Below are positions 22,684 through 30,968 of a DNA stretch of 64,000 bases, one piece after another; the first letter of the stretch is position 1; every line of letters begins with the position of its first letter. Source of the stretch: an uncultured Bacteroidota bacterium (lineage in GTDB: Bacteria > Bacteroidota > Bacteroidia > Bacteroidales > WCHB1-69). Position numbers and translations under genes: made by a program. Location: positions 941 through 64,940 of the forward strand of contig CADADB010000015.1 of assembly GCA_902786595.1 (NCBI GenBank). Direction: 5' to 3'. The notes under the pieces are model-generated. The model worked only from the letters and a program-made list of their open reading frames with translations, was not told where the DNA came from and did not search any database.

Positions 22684-23049
22684 ATGAAAAAAGTATTTTT
22701 AGCAGTATTATGCGCAGGCCTTTTCTTCGCCTGTGGTAACAAGAAACAAGCTGAACCCGAAGCTTTGGTTGACACCGTTCCCGTTGAGGAAGTTGTCGAG
22801 GAAGTCACTGAAGTGGTAGAAGAGCCCGTCGCTGAAGAGCCCGTCGCTCAAGCCGCTCCGGCCAAGAAACCCGCTGCTGCCCCCAAGAAAAACAACAACA
22901 CGGGTATGACTACTGCCAAAACAAACGAAACAACCTCAGTTCAAGAACATGCTCAAAGCGCTGCTAACAGAGTTGCCAATAAAGCTATTGACAAAGCTGA
23001 GCAAGAAACTACCAATGCTATCGTGAACAGTGGTAAAAAGAAAAGATAA
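22684..23049 (+). CDS. Lipoprotein, hypothetical, with a low-complexity E/V/P/A linker
   Basis: Lipobox LFFACG; EEVVEEVTEVVEEPVAEEPVAQAAPAKKPAAAPKK. Confidence 0.6.
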   Translation: MKKVFLAVLCAGLFFACGNKKQAEPEALVDTVPVEEVVEEVTEVVEEPVAEEPVAQAAPAKKPAAAPKKNNNTGMTTAKTNETTSVQEHAQSAANRVANKAIDKAEQETTNAIVNSGKKKR

Positions 23050-23071
23050 TCTTTTCAAAAATAACTGAAAA

Positions 23072-23100
23072 AAAAGGTGTTCCGCAAGAACACCTTTTTT
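23072..23100 (+). terminator. Intrinsic terminator
   Basis: ggtgttc-cgcaa-gaacacc stem followed by TTTTTT. Confidence 0.75.
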
Positions 23101-23116
23101 GTTTTAAAAAAAAGTG

Positions 23117-23124
23117 TACTTTTG
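23117..23124 (+). promoter_or_regulatory. -7 box TACTTTTG for apt-ilvE
   Basis: TAnnTTTG match, 28 nt upstream of the ATG at 23152. Confidence 0.5.
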
Positions 23125-23151
23125 TGCAAAATTTTTTGGACAGAAAAAGTG

Positions 23152-23664
23152 ATGAATATCAAGGAGAAAATACGCGTGGTTCCTGACTTTCCGACACCCG
23201 GAATTCAATTCTACGACATTACCACTTTGCTCAATGACCCGCAAGCATACCGCGAGACTATCGATACTATGGTGCAGATAGCCAGAAAGTTCAATCCCGA
23301 TGTGGTGGTCGCCCTTGAGTCACGCGGCTTTTTCTTCGGCACAAATCTGGCCCTCCAACTGGGTGTCCCTTTTGTCCCCGTACGAAAAAAAGGAAAACTT
23401 CCATTCAAGACCTACCAGGAGACTTATTTACTCGAATATGGCAGCGCCACAATGGAAATCCACACCGACGCGATGGCCGAAAATCAAAATGTGCTCATCA
23501 TTGACGATGTGCTGGCAACCGGCGGCTCCATGACCGCAGCCGTGAACCTTGTCAACCACTTCCACCCCAAAGAGATCCACCTGCTCTTCCTGATGGAGTT
23601 AGAAGCGCTTAAAGGTCGAAAAAAACTGTCCAAATATTCTATTGACAGCTTATTAACAGTATAA
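23152..23664 (+). CDS. apt: Adenine phosphoribosyltransferase
   Basis: MNIKEKIRVVPDFPTPGIQFYDITTLL and the PRPP loop VLIIDDVLATGGS. Start trimmed to the ATG at 23152. Confidence 0.92.
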   Translation: MNIKEKIRVVPDFPTPGIQFYDITTLLNDPQAYRETIDTMVQIARKFNPDVVVALESRGFFFGTNLALQLGVPFVPVRKKGKLPFKTYQETYLLEYGSATMEIHTDAMAENQNVLIIDDVLATGGSMTAAVNLVNHFHPKEIHLLFLMELEALKGRKKLSKYSIDSLLTV

Positions 23665-23688
23665 ATCAACTAATCAAATAAATTTTTT

Positions 23689-24711
23689 ATGAAAAATATC
23701 GATTGGAAAAACCTTTCATTCGGTTATATGAAAACCGACTACAATGTCCGCTGCTATTTCAGAAACGGCGAGTGGGGAAAACTGGAATTGAGCTCTGACG
23801 AGTATATTCCTATGCACATGGCGGCTTCCTGTCTGCACTATGGTCAGGAGGCATTTGAGGGCATGAAGGCCTTCCGCGGCAAAGACGGTAAAGTGCGCTT
23901 GTTCCGTTGGGAAGAGAACTGGAAACGTCTCAATAATTCTGCTGACACCATTATGTTAGCCCAAATTCCTGAGAAGTTGTTCTTTGATGCCTTGGAAATG
24001 GTGATCAAGGCCAACGCTGAATACATTCCGCCTTACGGCACCGAGGGTTCCCTCTACATCCGTCCGTTGCTCATCGGTACCGGCGCCACCATCGGTGTGA
24101 AACCTGCCGACGAATACCTCTTCATCGTTTTCGTGATGCCTGTCGGACCTTACTTCAAGGAAGGTTTCAAACCCACTGACATGCAGATTGCCAAGGATTA
24201 TGACCGTGCAGCTCCTCTGGGCACCGGTCACGTGAAGGTCGGTGGCAACTACGCCGCTTCCCTCCGCGCTGGTGAACGCGCCCACAAGGAAGGATTCAGC
24301 GCTTCCATTTTCGCCGATGCCAAGACAAAGACCTTCATCGACGAGGCTGGTCCCGCTAACTTCTTCGGTATCAAGGACGGCAAGTATGTGACTCCGGACT
24401 CCGGCTCCATCCTGCCTTCTATCACTAATATGAGCTTGAGAACTATCGCTGAGGAACTCGGACTCGTGGTCGAAAGACGCCACGTCAGACTCGATGAGAT
24501 CGACACCTTCGAGGAAGCTGGTGCTTGCGGTACCGCTGCTGTGATTTCCCCCATCCACAAGATTCAGGACAGAGAGACTGGCAAGGAATATGTCATCTCC
24601 AAAGATGGCAAACCCGGTCCGTGGTGCATCAAGATGCGCGAATACCTTATGGGTATCCAATACGGCGAAATTGAAGACAAATTCGGTTGGTGCACCATCG
24701 TGGACTGCTAA
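23689..24711 (+). CDS. ilvE: Branched-chain amino acid aminotransferase (class IV)
   Basis: 340 aa; YGQEAFEGMKAFRGKDGKVRLFR, and GTGHVKVGGNYAAS. Confidence 0.9.
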   Translation: MKNIDWKNLSFGYMKTDYNVRCYFRNGEWGKLELSSDEYIPMHMAASCLHYGQEAFEGMKAFRGKDGKVRLFRWEENWKRLNNSADTIMLAQIPEKLFFDALEMVIKANAEYIPPYGTEGSLYIRPLLIGTGATIGVKPADEYLFIVFVMPVGPYFKEGFKPTDMQIAKDYDRAAPLGTGHVKVGGNYAASLRAGERAHKEGFSASIFADAKTKTFIDEAGPANFFGIKDGKYVTPDSGSILPSITNMSLRTIAEELGLVVERRHVRLDEIDTFEEAGACGTAAVISPIHKIQDRETGKEYVISKDGKPGPWCIKMREYLMGIQYGEIEDKFGWCTIVDC

Positions 24712-24733
24712 TCGGTTGTTTCAAACTATCAAG

Positions 24734-24761
24734 AAAAGGACGTCGAAAGGCGTCCTTTTTT
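24734..24761 (+). terminator. Intrinsic terminator after ilvE
   Basis: aaaaggacg-loop-cgtcctttt followed by a T-run. Confidence 0.75.
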
Positions 24762-24766
24762 CGTTT

Positions 24767-24794
24767 AGACTTAAGACTTGGGACTTAAGACTTT
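24767..24794. repeat. Heptamer array AGACTTA x4
   Basis: agactta agacttg ggactta agacttt. Confidence 0.85.
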
Positions 24795-24824
24795 TGGTGT
24801 ATTCCGATTTTTAAGGGAGATAGA

Positions 24825-25679
24825 CTACGTGCACAACACGTACAGATCGTCCCGCTGGTTGATACACAAGACTGGCATCGCTGTCTTGCCAATGATTTTG
24901 CGCTCGCGGGGACCTGTCAGCACATCGGCGAGCGTGTAGTAGCGCGTCATCATGATGACCAATGCACCTGACTCGTGTGTGTCCGTCAAGGCATAGGCAT
25001 CCAAGTGGCTGTGCGATGGCACTTGGTACTTATCGTATGTTATCTCCAGATTATCGTATAGTTTTTCCACGAAATCCACGTTGTCGCGCACTAACTTGAC
25101 CAAACCTTCGTCTTTGTATTTCGGATAGAGAATATGGATGACAGATCCGTAGAACCGACTGAAATAGCCCGCCCATAATGCCTTTTCTTTGTTCTGGCGC
25201 TCGATGTCCAAGGTGAGCAGGATGTTTTTGTAGTCGGTGACACTTTCAAGATACGCCGTAACGGTCATCACGGGAAATCGCGACTGGCGGATGAACTTGA
25301 GCGCTTTCTTCGCAGTAAAAAAGCACTCCGAACAATCTTCCATGTAGTAGGCCACCCCGATGACGAACATGGCCGTGTTATGCTCCTCGGCATACTTGAA
25401 CAGGGTTTCAGGGAAAATGTAGTCCGTGACAACCTGGCTGTTTTTCGTTCCCGAAACCATATCCCGGATTTCCTTCAGATAGCCACTGTCGTCGGGAATA
25501 TGGCGGGATTCAGGAAGTCCGAACCCGAACCCAAAGTTCGCCATGACCGTCAGCGAGGCCTGGAACACCTCAGCCAGCATTACACCATGGTCCACCGCGA
25601 CCCTGCCGACGCGGGAATTGTCGGCGATTACCGTGATGTTGAGGTTCCGGTCGCGTTTTATCGGTTCGTGTACTTCCAT
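24825..25679 (-). CDS. Tandem universal-stress-protein-like (USP fold) protein, hypothetical
   Basis: Two halves of about 140 aa, each ending in a USP-like ...FPVMTV / ...MPVLCIN strand. The G-x2-G-x9-G(S/T) ATP motif is not evident. Confidence 0.45.
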   Translation of the reverse strand: MEVHEPIKRDRNLNITVIADNSRVGRVAVDHGVMLAEVFQASLTVMANFGFGFGLPESRHIPDDSGYLKEIRDMVSGTKNSQVVTDYIFPETLFKYAEEHNTAMFVIGVAYYMEDCSECFFTAKKALKFIRQSRFPVMTVTAYLESVTDYKNILLTLDIERQNKEKALWAGYFSRFYGSVIHILYPKYKDEGLVKLVRDNVDFVEKLYDNLEITYDKYQVPSHSHLDAYALTDTHESGALVIMMTRYYTLADVLTGPRERKIIGKTAMPVLCINQRDDLYVLCT

Positions 25680-25689
25680 TGTTTGGCGG

Positions 25690-25869
25690 TTTTTCCCTAT
25701 GGTTCACTTCATTTATCCTGCTGTCGTCCTATGGTTCACTTCGTTCACCATAGGTTAACAAGGGGAGGGCTTTCAGCCCTTTTTGGACTTGGGGTTTATC
25801 TGTTGGATAGTCTGCTTTTGTATTTTCGTTCTTCGTTTGTATCTTGCCGGTTTTATATATGTTCCTTCG
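25690..25869. repeat. Composite non-coding module, copy A (2 x 32-nt direct repeats + GGTTAACA + hairpin + conserved 45-nt block)
   Basis: cctatggttcacttc occurs at 25696 and 25728. Positions 25753-25869 align by eye with the reverse complement of 47821-47939: a 41-nt block with 2 mismatches and a 45-nt block with 3 mismatches. Confidence 0.8.
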
Positions 25870-25885
25870 TATGTCTTCATCTTTA

Positions 25886-25933
25886 TTCATCGCATCATCG
25901 CATTATCGCATCATCGTGTCATCGCATCATCGC
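25886..25933. repeat. Octamer array ATCATCGC x6 (complement of GCGATGAW)
   Basis: ttcatcgc atcatcgc attatcgc atcatcgt gtcatcgc atcatcgc. It overlaps the tsaB stop and the last 2 codons. Confidence 0.85.
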
Positions 25934-26640
25934 AATCCCTTCACAACGGGTTTGGCCGCCACATATTCCTTCAGGTAGAATGGTTCGAAGTAGGCAACGT
26001 CCTCAAACTCCTGCTTTTGCCACTTTCTGAGGGCGGCGGGAAGCATGTTTTTGGCGGAGATGGGGGCATCCATGAATTTGGCGTTGGGGAAAGCGGAAAG
26101 GATTTCCTTACATTTGGGCATCCCGTTGCCGCAAAACAGCACCTTTTCCTTCGAAAGAAGTTCTGCGAAGGTGTTCTCATCCACAATTTTCGAGGAAATC
26201 TCTTCTAATGACCGTATGTCGAAGTCGTAGCGGGTGGTGAAGACCTCCATGCGGCGGGCATCGATCATCGGGACGATTTGCGCAGTTTCCGTAGAGGTCC
26301 CAGACCATAACGTTTTGGCGCCTTGCGCGATGCTTTCCAACGTGCTGATAGCCATCACGGGGATGCCAGCGGTGTAGGCGATGCCTTTCGCGGTGGAGAC
26401 TCCGATGCGCAATCCTGTGTAGGAACCGGGTCCGATGCTCACAGCCACACCATTGATATCCGTCATGCTCGCTTCTGCCTGCTTTAACACTTCGTCCACA
26501 AAAGGCAGCAGGTGCTTGGCGTGGTTGTTGCCACCGGCCTCCTCTTTCAGCCCGATAATTTCTGCGCCTTTCGACAGCGCCACAGAACACACGTCCGTGG
26601 CGGTTTCAATATATAATATTGTTGGGTTCATCATATTCAT
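25927..26640 (-). CDS. tsaB: tRNA threonylcarbamoyladenosine biosynthesis protein TsaB
   Basis: ILYIETATDVCSVAL..., GPGSYTGLRIGVSTAKG; 237 aa. Confidence 0.9.
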   Translation of the reverse strand: MNMMNPTILYIETATDVCSVALSKGAEIIGLKEEAGGNNHAKHLLPFVDEVLKQAEASMTDINGVAVSIGPGSYTGLRIGVSTAKGIAYTAGIPVMAISTLESIAQGAKTLWSGTSTETAQIVPMIDARRMEVFTTRYDFDIRSLEEISSKIVDENTFAELLSKEKVLFCGNGMPKCKEILSAFPNAKFMDAPISAKNMLPAALRKWQKQEFEDVAYFEPFYLKEYVAAKPVVKGLR

Positions 26641-26672
26641 CTCTCATTCATCGTCATTCATCATCATTCATC
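26635..26672. repeat. Decamer array ATTCATC-N3 x4 spanning the NagZ-fusion stop and the tsaB start
   Basis: attcatc occurs at 26635, 26646, 26656 and 26666. On the coding strand this reads GATGAAT repeated. Confidence 0.8.
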
Positions 26673-29550
26673 GTCCAATCCCCTTATAGATAAGCTCATG
26701 CACCTTCAGCCGTATTCCGCTCTTGGACAGATTGTTGGGTTCAGCGTTGGGGCAGACGCGGTTGGAGAGGAAGACGAAAATGAGTTCCTCTTTAGGGTCG
26801 CACCATACCACCGTGCCTGTAAAACCTTGGTGACCGAAGATGTGTGCGGCAGCTTGCGCGGGAACAATGGATGAGGTTCCCGTAGCTTTCGGGGTGTGGA
26901 AACCGAGACCCCGCACCTGACAATTATGCAACGGGTGCATTCTGATGAATTCCTCAATTGTGGCTTCCGACAAGTAACGCTGTGCGTTGAAAACACCGTC
27001 GTTCTGAATCATCAGGAAAATGGCGGCGAGTTCCTCCGCTGTGGTGAACAGACCGGCATTTCCGGCATTTCCGTTCATCAAAGCTGCCGTTTGGTCGTGT
27101 ACATACCCGTGAACCAGCTGTTTGCGGAAAAGATTGTCCTCTTCCGTCGGAGCGATTTCATTGCGTGGGAAACCATGCGACAATGGACGGAACGTCGTGT
27201 GCGAAAGACCCATCGGCTGGTAGAAATTCTCCGACAAAAACTCTTCCATCGGTTGCATGGTGATGGTTTCCACCATGTCTTTCAGCAGGAAAAAGTTCAG
27301 ATCGCTGTATTCGTACTTCTTCTCTTTCAACTTGCAATGGGCGATTTTGTATCGGATGGTGTCGGGATAGTCTTTGCGAAGATAGAGGTGATCGGCCACC
27401 TGAATGTTGAAATGTTCGGTCTTGTAAGCCCGCAAATATCGTTCATCGCCCATGATGGACTTGTAAAACGGGATAAAAGACGGCATTCCGGAGGTATGGG
27501 TCAGCAACTCTTCCAGAGTAAGACTGGCTTTGTCGGTGCCGGCCAGATAGGGTAGATATTTGCCGATTCTGTCGGAAAGCTGGATTTCGTGGTTGTCATA
27601 CAACTTCATGACAGCCAGTGTGGTAGCGGCCACTTTCGTGACGGAAGCCACATCATATAGGGTTTGATGAGTCACCTTGTCCTGTCGGTTGTAGTCCAGG
27701 TAGCCGAAAACCTTCTGATAGACGGGTTGTCCGTGATGGAGAGCGATTACTGCACAACCCGGATAGATTCGGTTGTTAATGCCGTCTTGGAGGATTTTGT
27801 CAATCTCCCGGGTGATATTGTCGGGCAAGGCCGAGATATTATCGGAGGATTTTGAAGGCAGGATGCCGCTTCCCGCAGGGTAACCGTTGATGCTGACCGG
27901 CAAAGTGCCTTCAAAGGCAATCTGTCCGAAACAGGCCTTCATAGCTGCTGCCACGGTGGTCGGGGAGAATTGATAAGCACCGATTACCGCACGATAGTTG
28001 CTCAGGGAGTCGAAAGCGTTGAGGGCGTAGGGGTTGCCGAGATGCAGCAGGATGACAGATTTCTCCTTGGCAAGACGGTTGAGCAGGCGTATGGACGACA
28101 TATCGATGCCGTAGTTGGAGCCACCTAACTGGTTGGAGCCGCCAAACGCCACAATAATTTGGTTGTAAGGAGCCAGCTTCGCCAAAATTGCCGACTGGTC
28201 TTTGGCAGCCACCTTTTTGTCGATATAGTAGAAAGGAATATGCCGTTCTCCCACGATTTGCTCATATTCGTTTTTGTAAGCTTTCCGGTCCACACACAGA
28301 AAAGCTGTATTATCGGCGTTTTTAGCGTTCAACGGGAGAATGTTGTCGTCATTTTTCAAGAGAGTGAGAGCTTTTTCCTCTAATTGGCGGTTAATCCAGA
28401 CCGCTTCGGAACGGTTCAATTTTTCCGGGATGGCCGAGATGTTGGCGGGAGTGTGTTTGGTGATGCCGTGACTTTCCTTGAATTGGAGAACCCGTAGGCA
28501 TCGTTCGTTGATGAGTTCTTCTGGGATAACATCCTGTTCCACAGCTCGTTTGATAGCCGCGATGACGGAATCGGTTTCACCGGGAAGCAGCAGGATGTCG
28601 GCACCGGCGAGCAGGGCGCGAATCTCCACATCCCCTTCGAAACGGTTTTGGTTGCGTACTCCCTTCATCTCCATTCCATCGGTGATAATCAGTCCATTAT
28701 AGCCCAATTCTTTTTTAAGAAGCTGAGAAACAATGGGATAGGAGAGCGATGAGACGGAGTTGGGTTCTGGGTCGAGTGCCGGGACATTGAGATGCCCGAC
28801 CATCACCATGTCGGGGTTTTCGTTGATAAGTTGACGATAGGGGTAAAGCTCCATTTCATCGAGGTCGATCCGACTTTTGCGGATGACGGGCAGTCCGAGG
28901 TGCGAGTCGGTCTCGGTGTCTCCGTGGCCGGGGAAGTGCTTGATGGAGGTGACGATGCCGCCGTCCTGCATCCCGTGCATGTAAAGGGCGGCCTTGCGGC
29001 ACACTTTGTCGCGGTTTTCACCGAAGGAACGACTGTTAATCACGGGGTTACGGCTGTTGTTGTTGATGTCGATACAAGGGGCGAAGTTGAGGTTGATGCC
29101 CACGGCCTTGCACTGTTCGGCAATTTCGCGCCCCATCTGGTAGATGAGCGAGTCGTTTTCTTCCGATAGTGCGCCGAGAGTCATCTGCCGAGGGAAAGCC
29201 AAGCAGCTGTCGAGACGCATGGCTGGGCCCCACTCGCCGTCAATGGCCACGAACATCGGGATTTTGCTCACCGCCTGTATCCGGTTGGTGAGGAGTGCCT
29301 CTTTCTTGGGCGTTCCCTTGAAAAAGCAGACACCGCCGGGCTGTATGCGCGCCACTTTCTCCACCAATTCGCGATTGTATTTTTCGTCTTCCGTGGAGCT
29401 CACACGAATGATGATCAGCTGGGCGATTTTTTCCTCAAGGGTCATTCCGTCTAAGAGTTGGAAATTCTGGTCGGGCCGCTGCACACCGGAAGAAATCATC
29501 AGGATGAGCAGGGCGAAAAGGACGGTACTATATCGAAAGAAGCTTTTCAT
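26668..29550 (-). CDS. Fusion protein: GH3 beta-N-acetylglucosaminidase (NagZ-like) + serine hydrolase with beta-lactamase/PBP fold
   Basis: Signal peptide MKSFFRYSTVLFALLILMISSG; GH3 motif KHFPGHGDTETDSH; SxxK motif ASVTKV in the C-terminal half. Start trimmed to the ATG at 29550. Confidence 0.85.
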   Translation of the reverse strand: MKSFFRYSTVLFALLILMISSGVQRPDQNFQLLDGMTLEEKIAQLIIIRVSSTEDEKYNRELVEKVARIQPGGVCFFKGTPKKEALLTNRIQAVSKIPMFVAIDGEWGPAMRLDSCLAFPRQMTLGALSEENDSLIYQMGREIAEQCKAVGINLNFAPCIDINNNSRNPVINSRSFGENRDKVCRKAALYMHGMQDGGIVTSIKHFPGHGDTETDSHLGLPVIRKSRIDLDEMELYPYRQLINENPDMVMVGHLNVPALDPEPNSVSSLSYPIVSQLLKKELGYNGLIITDGMEMKGVRNQNRFEGDVEIRALLAGADILLLPGETDSVIAAIKRAVEQDVIPEELINERCLRVLQFKESHGITKHTPANISAIPEKLNRSEAVWINRQLEEKALTLLKNDDNILPLNAKNADNTAFLCVDRKAYKNEYEQIVGERHIPFYYIDKKVAAKDQSAILAKLAPYNQIIVAFGGSNQLGGSNYGIDMSSIRLLNRLAKEKSVILLHLGNPYALNAFDSLSNYRAVIGAYQFSPTTVAAAMKACFGQIAFEGTLPVSINGYPAGSGILPSKSSDNISALPDNITREIDKILQDGINNRIYPGCAVIALHHGQPVYQKVFGYLDYNRQDKVTHQTLYDVASVTKVAATTLAVMKLYDNHEIQLSDRIGKYLPYLAGTDKASLTLEELLTHTSGMPSFIPFYKSIMGDERYLRAYKTEHFNIQVADHLYLRKDYPDTIRYKIAHCKLKEKKYEYSDLNFFLLKDMVETITMQPMEEFLSENFYQPMGLSHTTFRPLSHGFPRNEIAPTEEDNLFRKQLVHGYVHDQTAALMNGNAGNAGLFTTAEELAAIFLMIQNDGVFNAQRYLSEATIEEFIRMHPLHNCQVRGLGFHTPKATGTSSIVPAQAAAHIFGHQGFTGTVVWCDPKEELIFVFLSNRVCPNAEPNNLSKSGIRLKVHELIYKGIGR

Positions 29551-29571
29551 ACACAGGTTTAATGGAATCGG

Positions 29572-29579
29572 CAAAAATA
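29572..29579 (-). promoter_or_regulatory. -7 box TATTTTTG for the NagZ-fusion/tsaB unit
   Basis: The reverse complement of caaaaata matches TAnnTTTG, 22 nt upstream of the start at 29550. Confidence 0.5.
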
Positions 29580-29644
29580 CGAATATTATTGAAGCCGTTG
29601 AATATTATTTTTTTTGAATATTGCAACGATTACAGGAATCTTTT

Positions 29645-29670
29645 TCTGCGCAAATCTGCGCGTTCTGCGG
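29645..29670. repeat. Word array TCTGCGS x3 (period 9-10)
   Basis: tctgcgc aaa tctgcgc gt tctgcgg. Confidence 0.6.
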
Positions 29671-29681
29671 GAGAATCGCAA

Positions 29682-30854
29682 TTACCGTCTTCTCGCGCTC
29701 ACAATCCTTCCGATGTACTGGTGGTGAATGCCGGCGGGGAAGTTCTCGTAGCGTTGGCGTGGAATCTCTTCGAAACCTCTCGGGTCGAACGCGTCGCGGT
29801 AGATGACCTCGCACTCATACACCTCTCGGGCTTCCAGGTAGTACGGCGCACCATGCTCGGTGTAAGCCACATGCAGGCCTAATGCCTCGTCCTTGTTGCC
29901 GTCGCGGCCGCTGTGCGTGCCCATGTATTCGAGCACGTCTTTGCGGTCCTCGTCGAAGACCATGACGGTGAAATATTGGTAGCGCTCCATGAACTCGAAG
30001 GTGTAGCGGGCGGGTGCCACATAAACGGTTATGGTGCCGATGTCGTGCTTCCACACGTTGCCCATTGCACCCCAGCCGATGGTCATGGCGTTGTGGCGGC
30101 GAACGTCACCGGAGGCCAACAACAGACCGTTCCCCTTGAACCACGTGAACGGGTTGAGGTTCGGCGATTGGGTGTAATCAAATTCCACGAAATCAGACTC
30201 TTGAATCGGACGTGTTTCGGCTATTGGCTGTTTTCCGCCATAGACGTTGTAGGAGATGTTTTCGGGATTCCATTTGTCTTTGGGAGTGTTCTTACCAGCA
30301 GGGTAGCCGATGACAATAGTGTTGAGCGGGATGAGGTTTTCGGGCAGTTTCAGGATGGCGGAGACATCCTTGCAGCGATTTTGGTCGGGGAAAGTGCCGG
30401 TCCACACAGCTCCGAGACCCATAGCGTTGGCGGCCAGGAGGATGTTCTCGGTGGCGGCGGAGCAGTCCTGCACCCAGAACATGCGGGCCTCGCCGTCAAG
30501 TGCTTTCTTCATGTCGCCGCACACCACGATGGCGAGGGGTGCGTGCGCGGCCATGCCTGCATAGGGGTTGGCCTTGGCCAGCTCTTTCAGCTGTGCCCTG
30601 TCGGTGACCACCACGAAGTGCCACGGCTGCTTGTTCACCGCGGAAGGAGCCGCCATACCCGCACGGAGCAGCTGCTCAATCTGCGCCGCATCCACGGGCT
30701 TGTGGAGATAGCTTCGCACGGAGGTGCGCGTCGCGATGTTCTCCAACGCAGCATTTTTGTAACTGTCTGTTTTTTGAGCATTTGCTATGTTTTTAGAAGA
30801 AAACATCATCGTTAAAATCAACATGGACATCGTTAAAATTTTTCTAGATTTCAT
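29682..30854 (-). CDS. Fusion: nitroreductase-family domain + flavin-reductase-like (FMN-binding split barrel) domain, with N-terminal signal peptide
   Basis: MKSRKILTMSMLILTMMFSSKNIANAQ followed by RTSVRSY...AAPSAVNKQPWHFVVV (nitroreductase). The C-terminal half, ...NAMTIGWGAMG..., is flavin-reductase-like. Start trimmed to the ATG at 30854. Confidence 0.7.
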   Translation of the reverse strand: MKSRKILTMSMLILTMMFSSKNIANAQKTDSYKNAALENIATRTSVRSYLHKPVDAAQIEQLLRAGMAAPSAVNKQPWHFVVVTDRAQLKELAKANPYAGMAAHAPLAIVVCGDMKKALDGEARMFWVQDCSAATENILLAANAMGLGAVWTGTFPDQNRCKDVSAILKLPENLIPLNTIVIGYPAGKNTPKDKWNPENISYNVYGGKQPIAETRPIQESDFVEFDYTQSPNLNPFTWFKGNGLLLASGDVRRHNAMTIGWGAMGNVWKHDIGTITVYVAPARYTFEFMERYQYFTVMVFDEDRKDVLEYMGTHSGRDGNKDEALGLHVAYTEHGAPYYLEAREVYECEVIYRDAFDPRGFEEIPRQRYENFPAGIHHQYIGRIVSARRR

Positions 30855-30875
30855 ATTTTTCTTTTTTTGAAAAGG

Positions 30876-30883
30876 CAAAAGTA
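30876..30883 (-). promoter_or_regulatory. -7 box TACTTTTG for the nitroreductase fusion
   Basis: The reverse complement of caaaagta matches TAnnTTTG, 22 nt upstream of the start. Confidence 0.5.
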
Positions 30884-30917
30884 CAAAAAAACAACATCGG
30901 AATATGGAATATTGTTG

Positions 30918-30925
30918 TATTTTTG
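30918..30925 (+). promoter_or_regulatory. -7 box TATTTTTG for ispD
   Basis: TAnnTTTG match, 44 nt upstream of the ATG at 30969. Confidence 0.5.
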
Positions 30926-30968
30926 CGCATTAAAAAAGAAAGTGTCTGATTTTGATGAAGTAAACGTT

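Noticed and set aside
25380-26030. A 216-aa ORF that shares the peptide GLSALFGLG with the 117-aa ORF at 47851-48204; it looked like a duplicated small gene.
   Set aside because: The shared peptide is just the translation of the duplicated non-coding module (hairpin region). Both ORFs run through word arrays and overlap real genes, and neither has a start context or promoter.
26668-29550. The beta-lactamase-fold domain as an antibiotic-resistance determinant.
   Set aside because: The SxxK serine-hydrolase domain is fused to a GH3 NagZ-like domain in a chromosomal housekeeping context. This fold also covers esterases and PBPs, so nothing here supports beta-lactam resistance.
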